A stretch of 64,000 nt of DNA from an uncultured Bacillota bacterium (GCA_949295785.1 CASFMJ010000110.1:1313-65312), one strand, 5' to 3'; positions 36,944 to 47,957 are shown, numbered from the stretch's first letter. The notes: generated from the letters alone by a model not told the origin. Numbers and translations are program-made.

Positions 36944-38272
36944 ATGGGTATAAAAGTGGCAAAGTTCGGCGGATCCTCCGTTGCTGACGGTATCCAGCTG
37001 ACAAAGACCAAGCGAATAATAGAAAAAGATCCGGACAGAAAATATATAGTGGTATCTGCACCGGGAAAGCGATTTGAAGGTGACAACAAAATTACGGATC
37101 TTCTTTATCTCTGTAAGACACATATAGAGCATAATCTGCCATATGATCAGATATTTCAGGTGGTGGTTGACAGATACATGGCTGTGGAACTTAATCTGGG
37201 TGTAGACGTGGATCTGGTTATGCATCTTGACAAGATAAGGGAAAATCTGAGAAAAAATCCAAGCGCTGATTATATTGCCTCAAGAGGGGAATATCTGAAT
37301 GCCATACTGGTTGCGGCATTTTTAGGATATGATTTTGTAGATACCGCAAATCTGATAAAATTTGACGCCAAAGGCAGAGTCAAGATAGAAGAAACGGACA
37401 GATTGCTCAGAGAAGAACTTGCAAAACACGAAAGAGCCGTACTGCCGGGATTTTACGGTTCCACTGATGATGGGGAAATCAAGACTTTCTCAAGAGGTGG
37501 TTCAGATATAACAGGCGCCCTGGTGGCAAGGGCCATCAACGCAGACGTATATGAGAACTGGACCGATGTATCCGGCTTTCTTATGGCAGATCCAAGAATA
37601 GTTAAAAATCCCAGACAGATTAAAACCATATCATACAAAGAACTTAGAGAACTTTCGTATATGGGAGCCAGTGTTCTTCATGAAGATGCCATATACCCTG
37701 CAAGACTGGCTAACGTGCCAATCAACATAAGAAACACTAACATACCTGCAGATCCGGGAACTTTTATTACTGCCGAAGTCAGTGAGTCGGAAGAAGATGA
37801 CGGAATAATAACAGGTATAGCAGGAAGCAAAGACTTTACAGTAGTTGCTCTGTATAAGAACATGATGAGCAGTGAACGGGGATTTGTAAGACGAATACTG
37901 GGAATTCTTGATGATTATGATATAAATTTTGAGCATCTGCCAAGCGGTATTGACACCGTATCTGTGGTAATGTCTGATAAGGCTCTTAACGGAAGGCTGG
38001 ATGAAGTCGTGGAGGCATTCAGACAGAGACTGCAGCCTGACAGCATAGATGTATTTGAGAATATGGCTCTTATAGCTACAGTAGGCCACAGAATGTCATA
38101 CAGGCCGGGAGTTTCGGCGAAACTTTTTAATGCATTGGGTAGTGAAAAGATCAATATCCGTATGATAGATCAGGGCTCCAGCGAGATGAATATCATAGTG
38201 GGTGTTGAGAATAAAGATTTTGAAAAGGCTATAAAAGCAATTTACAAAGCATTTGTGGAGGAGGAGCAGTGA
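36944..38272 (+). CDS. Aspartate kinase
   Basis: VAKFGGSS, VVSAPGKR, TFSRGGSDITG, WTDVSG, two C-terminal ACT domains. Confidence 0.94.
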   Translation: MGIKVAKFGGSSVADGIQLTKTKRIIEKDPDRKYIVVSAPGKRFEGDNKITDLLYLCKTHIEHNLPYDQIFQVVVDRYMAVELNLGVDVDLVMHLDKIRENLRKNPSADYIASRGEYLNAILVAAFLGYDFVDTANLIKFDAKGRVKIEETDRLLREELAKHERAVLPGFYGSTDDGEIKTFSRGGSDITGALVARAINADVYENWTDVSGFLMADPRIVKNPRQIKTISYKELRELSYMGASVLHEDAIYPARLANVPINIRNTNIPADPGTFITAEVSESEEDDGIITGIAGSKDFTVVALYKNMMSSERGFVRRILGILDDYDINFEHLPSGIDTVSVVMSDKALNGRLDEVVEAFRQRLQPDSIDVFENMALIATVGHRMSYRPGVSAKLFNALGSEKINIRMIDQGSSEMNIIVGVENKDFEKAIKAIYKAFVEEEQ

Positions 38273-38886
38273 TGAAAAAGCTGGTTACTATAAGCCGTGA
38301 ATACGGTAGCGGCGGCAGGATAATAGGAAAACTGCTGGCTGAAAAGCTGGATGTGCCGTTTTATGATAAGGAAATCATAGATATGGCAGTCGAGGAAAGC
38401 GGTTTTTCAAGAGAGATGATAGAAGGCGCAGAACTTAAAGCTAAAAGCAGCTTTGCATATAATCTGGCGTCGGCACTCAATTTCAGCGAAGGGATGACAT
38501 CCAGCCCTCTTTCTGTAAATGAAAAACTGTTTCTTGCTCAATTTCAGGTAATAACTGAAATAGGTAATGGCGGCGAAGGTGTTATAGTGGGCAGATGTGC
38601 AGATTATGTGCTCAAAGATATGCCGGGAGTGACCAATGTGTTTATTCATGCTGAAATGGAGGATCGGGTTAAGAGAGCTATAGAAGTATACGGTGATGAC
38701 AAGAATAAAATTGATAATATTATAAGCACATACGATAAGGCGAGACAGAACTATTATAATTATCATACATGCCAGAAATGGGGAGAATATAAAAACTATA
38801 ATCTGGCAATAAACAGCAGCTATATAACAGAAGAAGAAGCAGCTATGCTTATTAAGAATTATGTGGAAAGAAGGACTTACAGATGA
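38272..38886 (+). CDS. Cytidylate kinase-like family protein
   Basis: TISREYGSGG, VIVGRCADYVL, DKARQNYYNY. Confidence 0.85.
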   Translation: MKKLVTISREYGSGGRIIGKLLAEKLDVPFYDKEIIDMAVEESGFSREMIEGAELKAKSSFAYNLASALNFSEGMTSSPLSVNEKLFLAQFQVITEIGNGGEGVIVGRCADYVLKDMPGVTNVFIHAEMEDRVKRAIEVYGDDKNKIDNIISTYDKARQNYYNYHTCQKWGEYKNYNLAINSSYITEEEAAMLIKNYVERRTYR

Positions 38887-39047
38887 AGATTGGTATAACT
38901 GACAGTAAAAAAACCGTCCCATCAGGGAAGTTAAAAGGCAATGCTATTCTTACGGGTATAGGTATAGGACTTGCTGCAGCAGTGGCGCTTTCTGCTGCGG
39001 CTACAGCAGCTGTCAATAAAGCTGCAGAAGCAAAGAAACAGAAATAA
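38883..39047 (+). CDS. Small single-TM protein, 54 aa (not in ORF track)
   Basis: ATGA overlap with the upstream stop; MKIGITDSKKTVPSGKLKGNAILTGIGIGLAAAVALSAAATAAVNKAAEAKKQK. Confidence 0.55.
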   Translation: MKIGITDSKKTVPSGKLKGNAILTGIGIGLAAAVALSAAATAAVNKAAEAKKQK

Positions 39048-39094
39048 CAAGATAACTGCAGCGGTGTTTGCCGGTACGGAAAGGACAGGATAAA

Positions 39095-41029
39095 ATGGCA
39101 AAAGATAAAGGAACATATTATATAACCACGCCCATATATTATCCCAGTGCGAATCTGCACGTGGGACACACATATTGTACCGTTATGGCCGATGCCATGG
39201 CAAGGTTCAAAAGGCTGTGCGGATATGATGTTCATTTTCTTACGGGAACAGATGAACACGGACAGAAGATAGAAACTCTGGCTGAAGCTAAGGGCGTCAC
39301 CCCTCAGGCGTATGTTGATGAAGTAGTAGATGGGATAAAGAAGCTGTGGAAAACAATGGAGATATCCTATGATGACTTTATAAGGACCACAGAGCCGCGC
39401 CATGTAAAACGGGTTCAGAAAATATTTATGAAAATATATGAAAATGGAGATATTTACAAGGGAGAGTATGAAGGACTCTACTGTACTCCATGTGAATCCT
39501 TCTGGACTGAGAGCCAGCTTGTAAACGGATGCTGCCCGGATTGCGGCAGGCCGGTTCAGGCAGCAAAGGAAGAAGCGTACTTTTTCAGATTATCTAAATA
39601 TGCCGACAGACTGCTTGAACTCTTTGAAAAGAATCCTGAGTTTCTTCAGCCTGAAAGCAGGAGAAATGAAATGACATCCTTCATAAAACAGGGCCTTGAT
39701 GATCTGTGTATATCAAGATCTACATTTGACTGGGGTATTCCTGTGCCTGTTGATGAAAAACATGTAATATATGTCTGGCTGGATGCGCTGACCAACTATA
39801 TAACTGCTCTGGGATACCCTGATGAGCCGGAGCTTTACAACAAGTACTGGCCTGCTGATGTTCATCTTGTTGGTAAAGAGATTGTCAGATTCCATTCCAT
39901 CATATGGCCGGCCATGCTTATGAGCGCGGGCCTTCCTCTTCCTAAGCAGGTGCTGGGACACGGATGGCTTCTTCTTGGAGGAGAAAAGGTATCCAAGTCA
40001 AAAGCTGCCAAGGCAGGCGATGTGGTAGATCCTGTAGTGCTGATAGACAGATATGGAATAGACGCTCTCAAGTATTTCCTTCTTCGTGAATATACTTTTG
40101 GTCAGGATGGTGTTTTCACCAATGAAGTAATGCTTAAGCGCATGAACTATGACCTTGCCAATGATCTTGGCAATCTTGTGTCAAGGACAGTATCCATGAT
40201 AGAAAAATACTGCCAAGGCATCGTGCCTGAAGCTACCACACGGGACAATTTTGATGAAGAACTGAGAGAGACGGCCACAGGCGCTGCATCAAAAGTTGAA
40301 GCACAGATGGATAAGTTTGCCTTTAATATGGCTCTGGAGGAAATCTGGATTCTTGTAAGGCGTGCCAATAAATATATCGATGAAAAAATGCCGTGGACAC
40401 TGGCAAAAGATCCTGAAAAAAAGGCTGAACTTGATACAGTTATGCATAATCTTGCTGAGGCCATAAGAATAATATCAATACTGATTGAGCCTTTCATGCA
40501 TACCACCTCTAAGGAAATCAGAAAGCAGATGGGACTCTGGTATTGTGATGCCCTTTGGGAAGATGCGTTTGTTTTTGATAAGATGAACGGAGAACAGGTG
40601 AAAAAAGGTCCTGCCATTTTCCCGAGACTGGACATAGAAAAGGAGCTTGAGGAACTGGCCAAATTGAGACCTGAAACAGCAGAACCTGCTAATATACCTC
40701 TTGAGCTCAAGCCGGAAATCACTTTTGATGATTTTGACAAGATAGACCTGAGAGTAGGAACCATCGTAGAAGCTGAAAAACATCCAAAGGCAGATAAACT
40801 TCTGGTATTCAGCGTAAAGATGGGCACAGAGACAAGGCAGATAATAAGCGGTGTCGCACAGCATTTCACACCTGAAGAAATGATAGGAAAGAAAGTTATA
40901 GTTGTTGCAAACCTTAAACCGCGGCAGCTTAGAGGAATGGAATCCAAAGGAATGCTGCTGTTTGCTGAAAACGGAGAACGTCTTGAGATAGTTACCACTG
41001 ATGCAGCTGACGGAGAATCGGTAGGCTGA
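39095..41029 (+). CDS. metG: Methionine--tRNA ligase with C-terminal tRNA-binding domain
   Basis: YITTPIYY, HVGH, GTDEHGQK, YVWLDAL, KVSKS, DLRVG...HPKADKL. Confidence 0.97.
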   Translation: MAKDKGTYYITTPIYYPSANLHVGHTYCTVMADAMARFKRLCGYDVHFLTGTDEHGQKIETLAEAKGVTPQAYVDEVVDGIKKLWKTMEISYDDFIRTTEPRHVKRVQKIFMKIYENGDIYKGEYEGLYCTPCESFWTESQLVNGCCPDCGRPVQAAKEEAYFFRLSKYADRLLELFEKNPEFLQPESRRNEMTSFIKQGLDDLCISRSTFDWGIPVPVDEKHVIYVWLDALTNYITALGYPDEPELYNKYWPADVHLVGKEIVRFHSIIWPAMLMSAGLPLPKQVLGHGWLLLGGEKVSKSKAAKAGDVVDPVVLIDRYGIDALKYFLLREYTFGQDGVFTNEVMLKRMNYDLANDLGNLVSRTVSMIEKYCQGIVPEATTRDNFDEELRETATGAASKVEAQMDKFAFNMALEEIWILVRRANKYIDEKMPWTLAKDPEKKAELDTVMHNLAEAIRIISILIEPFMHTTSKEIRKQMGLWYCDALWEDAFVFDKMNGEQVKKGPAIFPRLDIEKELEELAKLRPETAEPANIPLELKPEITFDDFDKIDLRVGTIVEAEKHPKADKLLVFSVKMGTETRQIISGVAQHFTPEEMIGKKVIVVANLKPRQLRGMESKGMLLFAENGERLEIVTTDAADGESVG

Positions 41030-41119
41030 TAAAACAGGATAAATAAAGGAGGCAGAGAGCGCCAAAAGCGTCCTCTGCCTCTGCCATATAAAAGACAAGG
41101 AAAAGGAGCATGCAAAATA

Positions 41120-41950
41120 ATGTTTGATTCACATGCACATATAAATAATGACTCGTATACCGATGAAGAGCGAAAGACGCTGATAAATGAAATAGAATCT
41201 TCAGACCTGTCATATGTGATGGATATAGGATTTGACCTTGAAAGCTCAAAGCTGGCAGTTTTACATGCGGAAAGATTTCCATGGTGCTATGCTGCAGTGG
41301 GGATACATCCTCATGATGCACAAGCTATGGATGAGACAGTTCTTAAAGAAATAGAGAAACTGGCAGGTGAGGATAAAGTAAAGGCTATAGGAGAAATAGG
41401 CCTTGACTTTCATTATGACAATTCGCCCAGAGATGTACAGGAATACTGGTTCCGCCGTCAGATACAGCTGGCTAATAAATTGCACATGCCTATAGTCATA
41501 CATTCAAGGGATGCAGATGGAAAGACCATGGATATATTAAAAGAGGAAGGTGCTTTTTCAGAAGAAAGATGCGGATGGTTCCCTCCGCGGAGAGGTAAAA
41601 ATCATGAAAAGTATGGTAATAGGGATGCAAGAGTACTTCTCCATTGCTTCAGCGGAAGCAAAGAACTGGGAATGGAATATATCAGACTCGGAGCCACTTT
41701 GTCCATAGCAGGTCCTGTGACATATAAAAATAACAGAAAAACAACGGAGGTTGTAGAGGCTGTTCCTGTTGAATATCTGCTGGCTGAGACCGATTCGCCT
41801 TATCTGACGCCTGTGCCTTTCAGAGGAAGGCCAAATAAGCCTGTATATGTTGAGCATACAATCAGAAGAATCGCACTGATAAAGGGTATTTCCTTTGAGG
41901 AAGCATCAGCAGTGACCCTTGAAAATGCAAAAACTTTTTTTGGAATCTGA
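41120..41950 (+). CDS. TatD-family hydrolase
   Basis: FDSHAH, GIHPH, AIGEIGLD, IHSRDA, LHCFSG, ETDSPYL; follows metG. Confidence 0.93.
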   Translation: MFDSHAHINNDSYTDEERKTLINEIESSDLSYVMDIGFDLESSKLAVLHAERFPWCYAAVGIHPHDAQAMDETVLKEIEKLAGEDKVKAIGEIGLDFHYDNSPRDVQEYWFRRQIQLANKLHMPIVIHSRDADGKTMDILKEEGAFSEERCGWFPPRRGKNHEKYGNRDARVLLHCFSGSKELGMEYIRLGATLSIAGPVTYKNNRKTTEVVEAVPVEYLLAETDSPYLTPVPFRGRPNKPVYVEHTIRRIALIKGISFEEASAVTLENAKTFFGI

Positions 41951-42015
41951 TATAATAATTGCTATGACGCATATTCTGACATTATTTGCGGATGCGCCAT
42001 GATAAAATTGGCATC

Positions 42016-42687
42016 ATGGAAAAGAAAAAAATTAAAAGTATAAAACAAGGGCGCTTTATGGTATCTGCCGCTGCATCGGCAGCAGGAGATTCTGCAGCCT
42101 GCTTTATGTTACCTGACGGAAATATGGTATTCATACTGTCTGACGGAATGGGAAAAGGAGAGAAGGCCGCAGCGGAGAGCGGTGCTGCGGTGGCAAAGCT
42201 GAAGAAACTCCTGAAGAGCGGGCAGTCTGTGTCAGCTTCTATAAAAACGCTGAACAGAATATTGATAGAACATAGTGGTGAAGAAGAGAATTTTGCCACA
42301 ATAGATCTGACGATAATAGATAAGAACACAGGTAAAGCCAGATTTTACAAAATGGGAGCATCCGCTTCGTTTGTTGTGAGAAAAGGCAGAGTGCGCAGGA
42401 TACAGCGGCCGGCTCTGCCTGTAGGTATTATTCCCACAATAAGATCTTCATGCATTACAATAGGCCTTGAGCCGGGGGACACAGTTGTAATGCTGTCTGA
42501 TGGTATCACAGAAGCTGACAGGAATGATCTTTCATGTATGTGGTTAAGATCATTGTTACGGGAAATGTGCGCGTCAGAAAATACCGGTCCCAGAATAATG
42601 GCAGAGGCTATAGCGGCAGAGGCAAAGTCAAGATATGGCTGTCGTGAAAGAGACGACTTGACAGCACTTGTAGCAATGATACAATAA
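42016..42687 (+). CDS. Stand-alone SpoIIE-type PP2C phosphatase domain
   Basis: AGDS, LSDGMG, FATIDL, KMGA, LSDGI, DDLT; immediately upstream of tilS; no TM domain; start uncertain. Confidence 0.8.
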   Translation: MEKKKIKSIKQGRFMVSAAASAAGDSAACFMLPDGNMVFILSDGMGKGEKAAAESGAAVAKLKKLLKSGQSVSASIKTLNRILIEHSGEEENFATIDLTIIDKNTGKARFYKMGASASFVVRKGRVRRIQRPALPVGIIPTIRSSCITIGLEPGDTVVMLSDGITEADRNDLSCMWLRSLLREMCASENTGPRIMAEAIAAEAKSRYGCRERDDLTALVAMIQ

Positions 42688-42769
42688 GGATGACAGTATA
42701 TTCCATATTTTATATGAATAATGTAACGAAAATGTAATCAGAGAATTCAGGCAGCAGAAAATATTATTT

Positions 42770-44269
42770 ATGAAAAAAGAAGTTTTACAGACAATAAATC
42801 GTCACAACATGCTGGAAAAAGGGACACACGTTGTTATAGGCCTTTCAGGAGGTCCTGATTCTGTGTGTCTTTTTAATGTAATGAGGCAGCTTTCACATGA
42901 AAAAGAACTGACCCTTTATGCAGTTCATATAAATCACGGTCTCAGGCCGGTGGCAGCTGATATGGATGAACTCTATGTAAGGCAAATATGCAGTGAAGCA
43001 GGTATAAGCTGCAGCGTACACAAAATTGACTGTCTGGCGAAAGCCAGAGATGAAGGGATAACTTCCGAGGAAGCAGGAAGAAAAGCAAGGTATGAGGCGT
43101 TTAACCGAGAGGCCCAGAGAATTCATAACCAGCTGGGCATAGACAGGGAGAAGATAGTTATTGCACTGGCACATAATGCTGAGGATCAGGCAGAAACCAT
43201 ACTTTTCAGAATAATGAGAGGAACAGGTACAGACGGACTTTCCGGCATACCATATGTGAGAAAAGATGAAGGGGGATACAGAATAATCCGGCCTCTTCTT
43301 GATATCCGTAGAAATATGATTGAAAGTTATTGCCGGCAGGAAGGACTTATGCCGAGAACAGATCATACCAACAGCGAAAATATTTATACCCGGAATAAAA
43401 TCAGAAATATGCTTATCCCGTATATTAAAGAGAATTTTAACGAAAATATAATAGAAACCGTAAACAGACTTGGAAAGGTGGCCGCTGAAGACAGAGATTA
43501 TTTTGAAAGAGAGGCGGAAAAAGAGTTTGCTTTTTCACTGGTGGATGACTCTGACAAAAAAATGTCCGTAAAAACCTATGATAGAATAGTAACTCTTAAG
43601 ACAAAATATTTACGGACACTTCACAGAGCCGTCAGAATAAGAGTATATACTAAGGCTCTCAGGACTGTGGGAATAACAGATAATATCACATACGCTCAGA
43701 TGGAGGGCATAGATCGAGTCCTCCAGTCTGAAAGTCCATCTGCAATGTACAATCTTTCTGATGGGACAAAAGTCTTTAGAGAATATGATAGGCTTAATTT
43801 TGTGTCCGGTCGCAATATCAGTGCCGGTATAGAAGACTGCAGTATATTATCATCTGATATGACTGTAAAGGGAAAATCCGTAGATGGCTGGAGTCTTTAT
43901 GAGACCACAAGAAAAGAGGCTGAAGAGATACAGAGAAAATCGCACTGGCAGGTGGGTGTTTTTTCGGGAGTAACTCTTGATCAGCTTGCCATAAGGACAA
44001 GAGAAAAAGGTGATATAATCAGGCTCAAGGGAGGAACGAAGAAAATACAGGACTTTTTTACAGATAAAAAAGTGCCGAGAGCATACAGAGACAAGCTGCT
44101 TCTTTTAGCAAAAGGCAGCGAGATTCTGTGGGTCTTGCCTTCGGAATTTTTCCCGGAAGAACCACTTAAAAGCAAAGGCAGGTTTTCTGTTTTGTACAGG
44201 GTGGAACCTGACAGGGAGCAAAGCACACAATGTGCGGAAGATAATGTAATTATCCTTGAAAAATTGTGA
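42770..44269 (+). CDS. tilS: tRNA(Ile)-lysidine synthetase
   Basis: SGGPDS, HINHGLR, AHNAEDQAET, IRPLL, YTRNKIR. Confidence 0.95.
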   Translation: MKKEVLQTINRHNMLEKGTHVVIGLSGGPDSVCLFNVMRQLSHEKELTLYAVHINHGLRPVAADMDELYVRQICSEAGISCSVHKIDCLAKARDEGITSEEAGRKARYEAFNREAQRIHNQLGIDREKIVIALAHNAEDQAETILFRIMRGTGTDGLSGIPYVRKDEGGYRIIRPLLDIRRNMIESYCRQEGLMPRTDHTNSENIYTRNKIRNMLIPYIKENFNENIIETVNRLGKVAAEDRDYFEREAEKEFAFSLVDDSDKKMSVKTYDRIVTLKTKYLRTLHRAVRIRVYTKALRTVGITDNITYAQMEGIDRVLQSESPSAMYNLSDGTKVFREYDRLNFVSGRNISAGIEDCSILSSDMTVKGKSVDGWSLYETTRKEAEEIQRKSHWQVGVFSGVTLDQLAIRTREKGDIIRLKGGTKKIQDFFTDKKVPRAYRDKLLLLAKGSEILWVLPSEFFPEEPLKSKGRFSVLYRVEPDREQSTQCAEDNVIILEKL

Positions 44270-44332
44270 TTTATGTGATAAAATATAGCAACATATTTGT
44301 AGAAAAAAACAAAGTTATGAAAGGGGAAAATC

Positions 44333-46396
44333 GTGAAGCGATTTACAAAAAACATATTGGTTTATGTCATTCTCTTTGCTGTGGTACTTGGTGCGGCAAG
44401 CCTCTATAAGGGAGCAAACACCGATAAGGTAGAGGTGAGAGAAGTGGCACTGTCTACATTTGTCCAGTATCTGGAAGATGAGAAGATCAAAGAGATAAAT
44501 GTGACAGATACTAAACTTACAGGAACTATAAGCGATACCGAAGTGGTTTATACTTACGTTAATTCACTGGTAGAGCTTACTCTTATAAATGAACAGTATC
44601 TTTTCCCGCAGATGCAGGAGGGAACTCTGAAATACGAAAGCGATGCACCTAATAATGTGGGTTCTGTATTGTTCAGTATATTACCTACAATTTTTGTGGC
44701 AGGTGCTATAATATTCCTGATATATTTCATGATGAATCAGGGCGGAAACGGAAAGGCATTCCAGTTTGCAAAATCCCGCGCCAAAATGGTAAAAGGAAAT
44801 GAAAAGAAGGTTACCTTTGCCGATGTGGCAGGTCTGGATGAAGAAAAGCAGGAACTGGAAGAAGTGGTGGACTTCTTAAAATATCCCAGAAAATACAGAG
44901 ATCTTGGAGCAAGAATACCCAAGGGTATATTGCTTGTAGGACCTCCGGGAACAGGAAAGACATACGTGTCAAAAGCGGCGGCAGGCGAAGCCGGAGTACC
45001 GTTTTTCACCATAAGCGGCTCTGATTTTGTGGAGATGTTTGTAGGCGTGGGAGCCTCCAGAGTAAGAGATCTGTTTGATCAGGCAAAGAAAAATTCACCT
45101 TGTATTGTTTTCATAGATGAAATAGATGCTGTAGGCCGTAAAAGAGGAGCAGGAATAGGCGGAGGCCATGACGAAAGAGAACAGACTCTGAACCAGCTTC
45201 TGGTGGAAATGGATGGATTCGCTGAAAATTCAGGTATAATAATACTGGCAGCAACCAACAGACCGGATATATTGGATCCGGCTCTTCTGAGACCCGGAAG
45301 ATTTGACAGGCAGATAGTTATCGGAGTACCTGATATCAAGGGGCGTGAAGAAATCTTCAAGATACACAGCAAAAATAAGCCTCTTGCCGATGATGTTACT
45401 CCGGCCGTTCTGGCCAGAAGAACTCCAGGCTTTACACCTGCGGACATAGAAAACCTGCTTAATGAGGCTGCCCTGATAACTGCAAGAAGAAACGGGCGCT
45501 TTATAAGGATGGAAGAAATAGAAGAAGCCATAACAAAGGTTATAGCAGGACCTGAAAAGAAAAGCAGGGTTATAAGTCCTAAAGAGAAAAAACTCACTGC
45601 CTATCATGAAGCAGGACATGCCGTTGTTGCCAGATGTATCCCTGACAGCGATCCTGTGCATCAGGTGACTATCATTCCTAGGGGAAGAGCCGGTGGTTTC
45701 ACCATGACACTTCCAAAAGAAGACAAAAGTTATGAGACCAAAAACAGCATGAAGAATGCCATAGTCCATCTTCTTGGAGGGCGTGTGGCAGAAGCACTGA
45801 CTCTTGATGATATAAGTACAGGTGCCAGCAATGATATAATGAGGGCAACAGAAGTGGCTCGTGACATGGTTACAAAATATGGTTTCAGTGAAAGACTGGG
45901 AACCGTAAGTTACAGCAATTCAGAAGAGGTATTTCTGGGTAATGATTTCACAACTCACAAGAATTATTCTGATGAAGTGGCACGTGAAATAGATGATGAG
46001 ATAAAGAGAATAATAACTGAGGCCTATGCTGAAGCAGAAAAACTTCTCAAAGACAATATGGATATACTTACCAGAGTGGCAGAAGCACTGCTGCTGGTAG
46101 AAACCATAGATGGACAGCAATTTGAGGATCTGTTTACAGGCAGGTATACTGCAGAACAGCTGGCTGAGAATGTAAGAGTCTCTGAAGAAGAAAAGAAGAA
46201 GAGAGACAGGGAGGAAGCAGAAGAAAACGAAAGAATCCGCAAGGAAGAAGAAGAACGTCTTAGAGCAGAACTGGAAAAATATGATACAGATTATATGTCA
46301 AGTGAAGAAGATGCAGAAGAAGTGCATAATTCAGTGATTGAAAATGATGATACTCCAGTTGATGAGGAAGTGAAAAAAGATGAAAGTGACATTTAA
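44333..46396 (+). CDS. ftsH: ATP-dependent zinc metalloprotease FtsH
   Basis: Two N-terminal TMs, [25 protein letters not shown] start. Confidence 0.97.
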   Translation: MKRFTKNILVYVILFAVVLGAASLYKGANTDKVEVREVALSTFVQYLEDEKIKEINVTDTKLTGTISDTEVVYTYVNSLVELTLINEQYLFPQMQEGTLKYESDAPNNVGSVLFSILPTIFVAGAIIFLIYFMMNQGGNGKAFQFAKSRAKMVKGNEKKVTFADVAGLDEEKQELEEVVDFLKYPRKYRDLGARIPKGILLVGPPGTGKTYVSKAAAGEAGVPFFTISGSDFVEMFVGVGASRVRDLFDQAKKNSPCIVFIDEIDAVGRKRGAGIGGGHDEREQTLNQLLVEMDGFAENSGIIILAATNRPDILDPALLRPGRFDRQIVIGVPDIKGREEIFKIHSKNKPLADDVTPAVLARRTPGFTPADIENLLNEAALITARRNGRFIRMEEIEEAITKVIAGPEKKSRVISPKEKKLTAYHEAGHAVVARCIPDSDPVHQVTIIPRGRAGGFTMTLPKEDKSYETKNSMKNAIVHLLGGRVAEALTLDDISTGASNDIMRATEVARDMVTKYGFSERLGTVSYSNSEEVFLGNDFTTHKNYSDEVAREIDDEIKRIITEAYAEAEKLLKDNMDILTRVAEALLLVETIDGQQFEDLFTGRYTAEQLAENVRVSEEEKKKRDREEAEENERIRKEEEERLRAELEKYDTDYMSSEEDAEEVHNSVIENDDTPVDEEVKKDESDI

Positions 46397-47957
46397 AGAC
46401 TGCCTTCAGCTCAAGTCTCTGAGTCAGGGTGTTGTGGTCGCAGGAGAGAAAAATCTCACAAACAGGATAAAGAATATTTCTGTTATGGATGCAGGAACTG
46501 CTGAAGAAGCAGCGGCTTATAACGGAAAAACTGAAGAACTTGTGCTCACCTCTTTTGCCGGAATGAAAAATGATCTTGAAGCACAAAAGAATGCCATTCG
46601 CAACCTGGCTAAAGCAGGGGCTGCAGGAATGGTAATAATGCATAGAGAAAATTCCGACAGGCATAACTATAAAGAGGTAATAACTGCGGCAGAGGAATCA
46701 GGACTTCCGCTGGTTATACTTGCCTGCGGGCAGGAAGAAGGGTATGCGGAAATCATATCACAGGTAATGGAAAAGGTTCTTTATGGCGGAAACTTTAAAA
46801 ACAGCCTTATAAATAACACTATTTTCCATCTTCTTAATTTTGAAAAACACAGCAGTTTTTTACAGGCATTGAGGGAAGCCGCCATAAGCAATGAATTTCA
46901 GATTGTTCTTCTCAGTGAAGATTTCAATCCTATATTTGCTGTAGAGACAAGACACCAGATAGCAATTGATGCAGCAATAAGAAGAGGAAGAGAGTTTGTG
47001 CTCAACTTCAGCCATATTTACAGTCTTATAGACATAGATGGTGTGCTGACCTATTGGGGGAAAATAGAAAACGAAGGGGATAAGTATTATCTTCTTATAG
47101 TTGATAACGAGGATAATTATTCGGCAGGAGAAATAACAAAACTGGCAGAGATAATAGAACTGGCCATGGGTATGTGGAAGTTTACTCCGGAAAGCGATGC
47201 CAGAGCCGAGTTTGTAAAATCGCTTATAAGAGGGAACAGAAGCCTTGCATATTCACTTAAACAAGAAGCAGGTGTAAACCCGTCAGATATAATATCGGTA
47301 TTTTTTGCTAAAGGAATTGATAGTAAAAAATGTGAAAGTATAATGGATTCTTATGAGGAAAAAAATCTTCTGAATATCATTAGACTTAAAGAAGATGGAA
47401 AAATATACGGAGTAGTCTCAAAAGGCACGAGTATAGAACAGAGTGACGGTGCAGAAGAAAAAACAGCATGTCTCAGAATGTATGATGAAATGAAAGAGGA
47501 CAAAACAGTCAGGATTTTTCATTCTACCGGCATTGATGCCATTGAAGGTGCCGGAGACGGTTTTAATATGATAAACGAGACGTGGCCGTTCGCAGGGTAT
47601 ATATTTCCATATAAGAGGGTGTTTACCAAATATGAGATGGTGCTTGTGAGCAACTGTATGAACATACAGCTTCAGGGAGGGCACTTTAAGAAAAATTATG
47701 CCGATCTGCTGGGACCCTTTAAAAAGGATGGCGACAACAAGGCAAGACAGTTATTGGAGACTCTTGAGACATTCGTTCTCGATGCCGGTATGAACAGCGG
47801 AAAAACAGCAGAGTTTATGGGAATACATACAAATACTGTACAATACAGGCTAAAAAAAATAAATGAAGTGCTTGGTGCTGAGATAACAGGTAACCGCGTA
47901 ATTCCGGGACTGACCATAGCGCTGGCTCTTCAGAGACTCGAGAATGGATCCAGATAA
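46380..47957 (+). CDS. PucR/CdaR-family transcriptional regulator
   Basis: N-terminal VVAGE..L...I..ISVMD PucR sensor; C-terminal LLETL...TAEFMGIHTNTVQYRLKKI HTH. Confidence 0.87.
   Translation: MKVTFKDCLQLKSLSQGVVVAGEKNLTNRIKNISVMDAGTAEEAAAYNGKTEELVLTSFAGMKNDLEAQKNAIRNLAKAGAAGMVIMHRENSDRHNYKEVITAAEESGLPLVILACGQEEGYAEIISQVMEKVLYGGNFKNSLINNTIFHLLNFEKHSSFLQALREAAISNEFQIVLLSEDFNPIFAVETRHQIAIDAAIRRGREFVLNFSHIYSLIDIDGVLTYWGKIENEGDKYYLLIVDNEDNYSAGEITKLAEIIELAMGMWKFTPESDARAEFVKSLIRGNRSLAYSLKQEAGVNPSDIISVFFAKGIDSKKCESIMDSYEEKNLLNIIRLKEDGKIYGVVSKGTSIEQSDGAEEKTACLRMYDEMKEDKTVRIFHSTGIDAIEGAGDGFNMINETWPFAGYIFPYKRVFTKYEMVLVSNCMNIQLQGGHFKKNYADLLGPFKKDGDNKARQLLETLETFVLDAGMNSGKTAEFMGIHTNTVQYRLKKINEVLGAEITGNRVIPGLTIALALQRLENGSR

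Noticed and set aside
41560..41630. About 20-aa insertion in TatD (CGWFPPRRGKNHEKYGNRD)
   Set aside because: In frame, with flanking motifs intact and no intein or intron signatures; probably a surface loop
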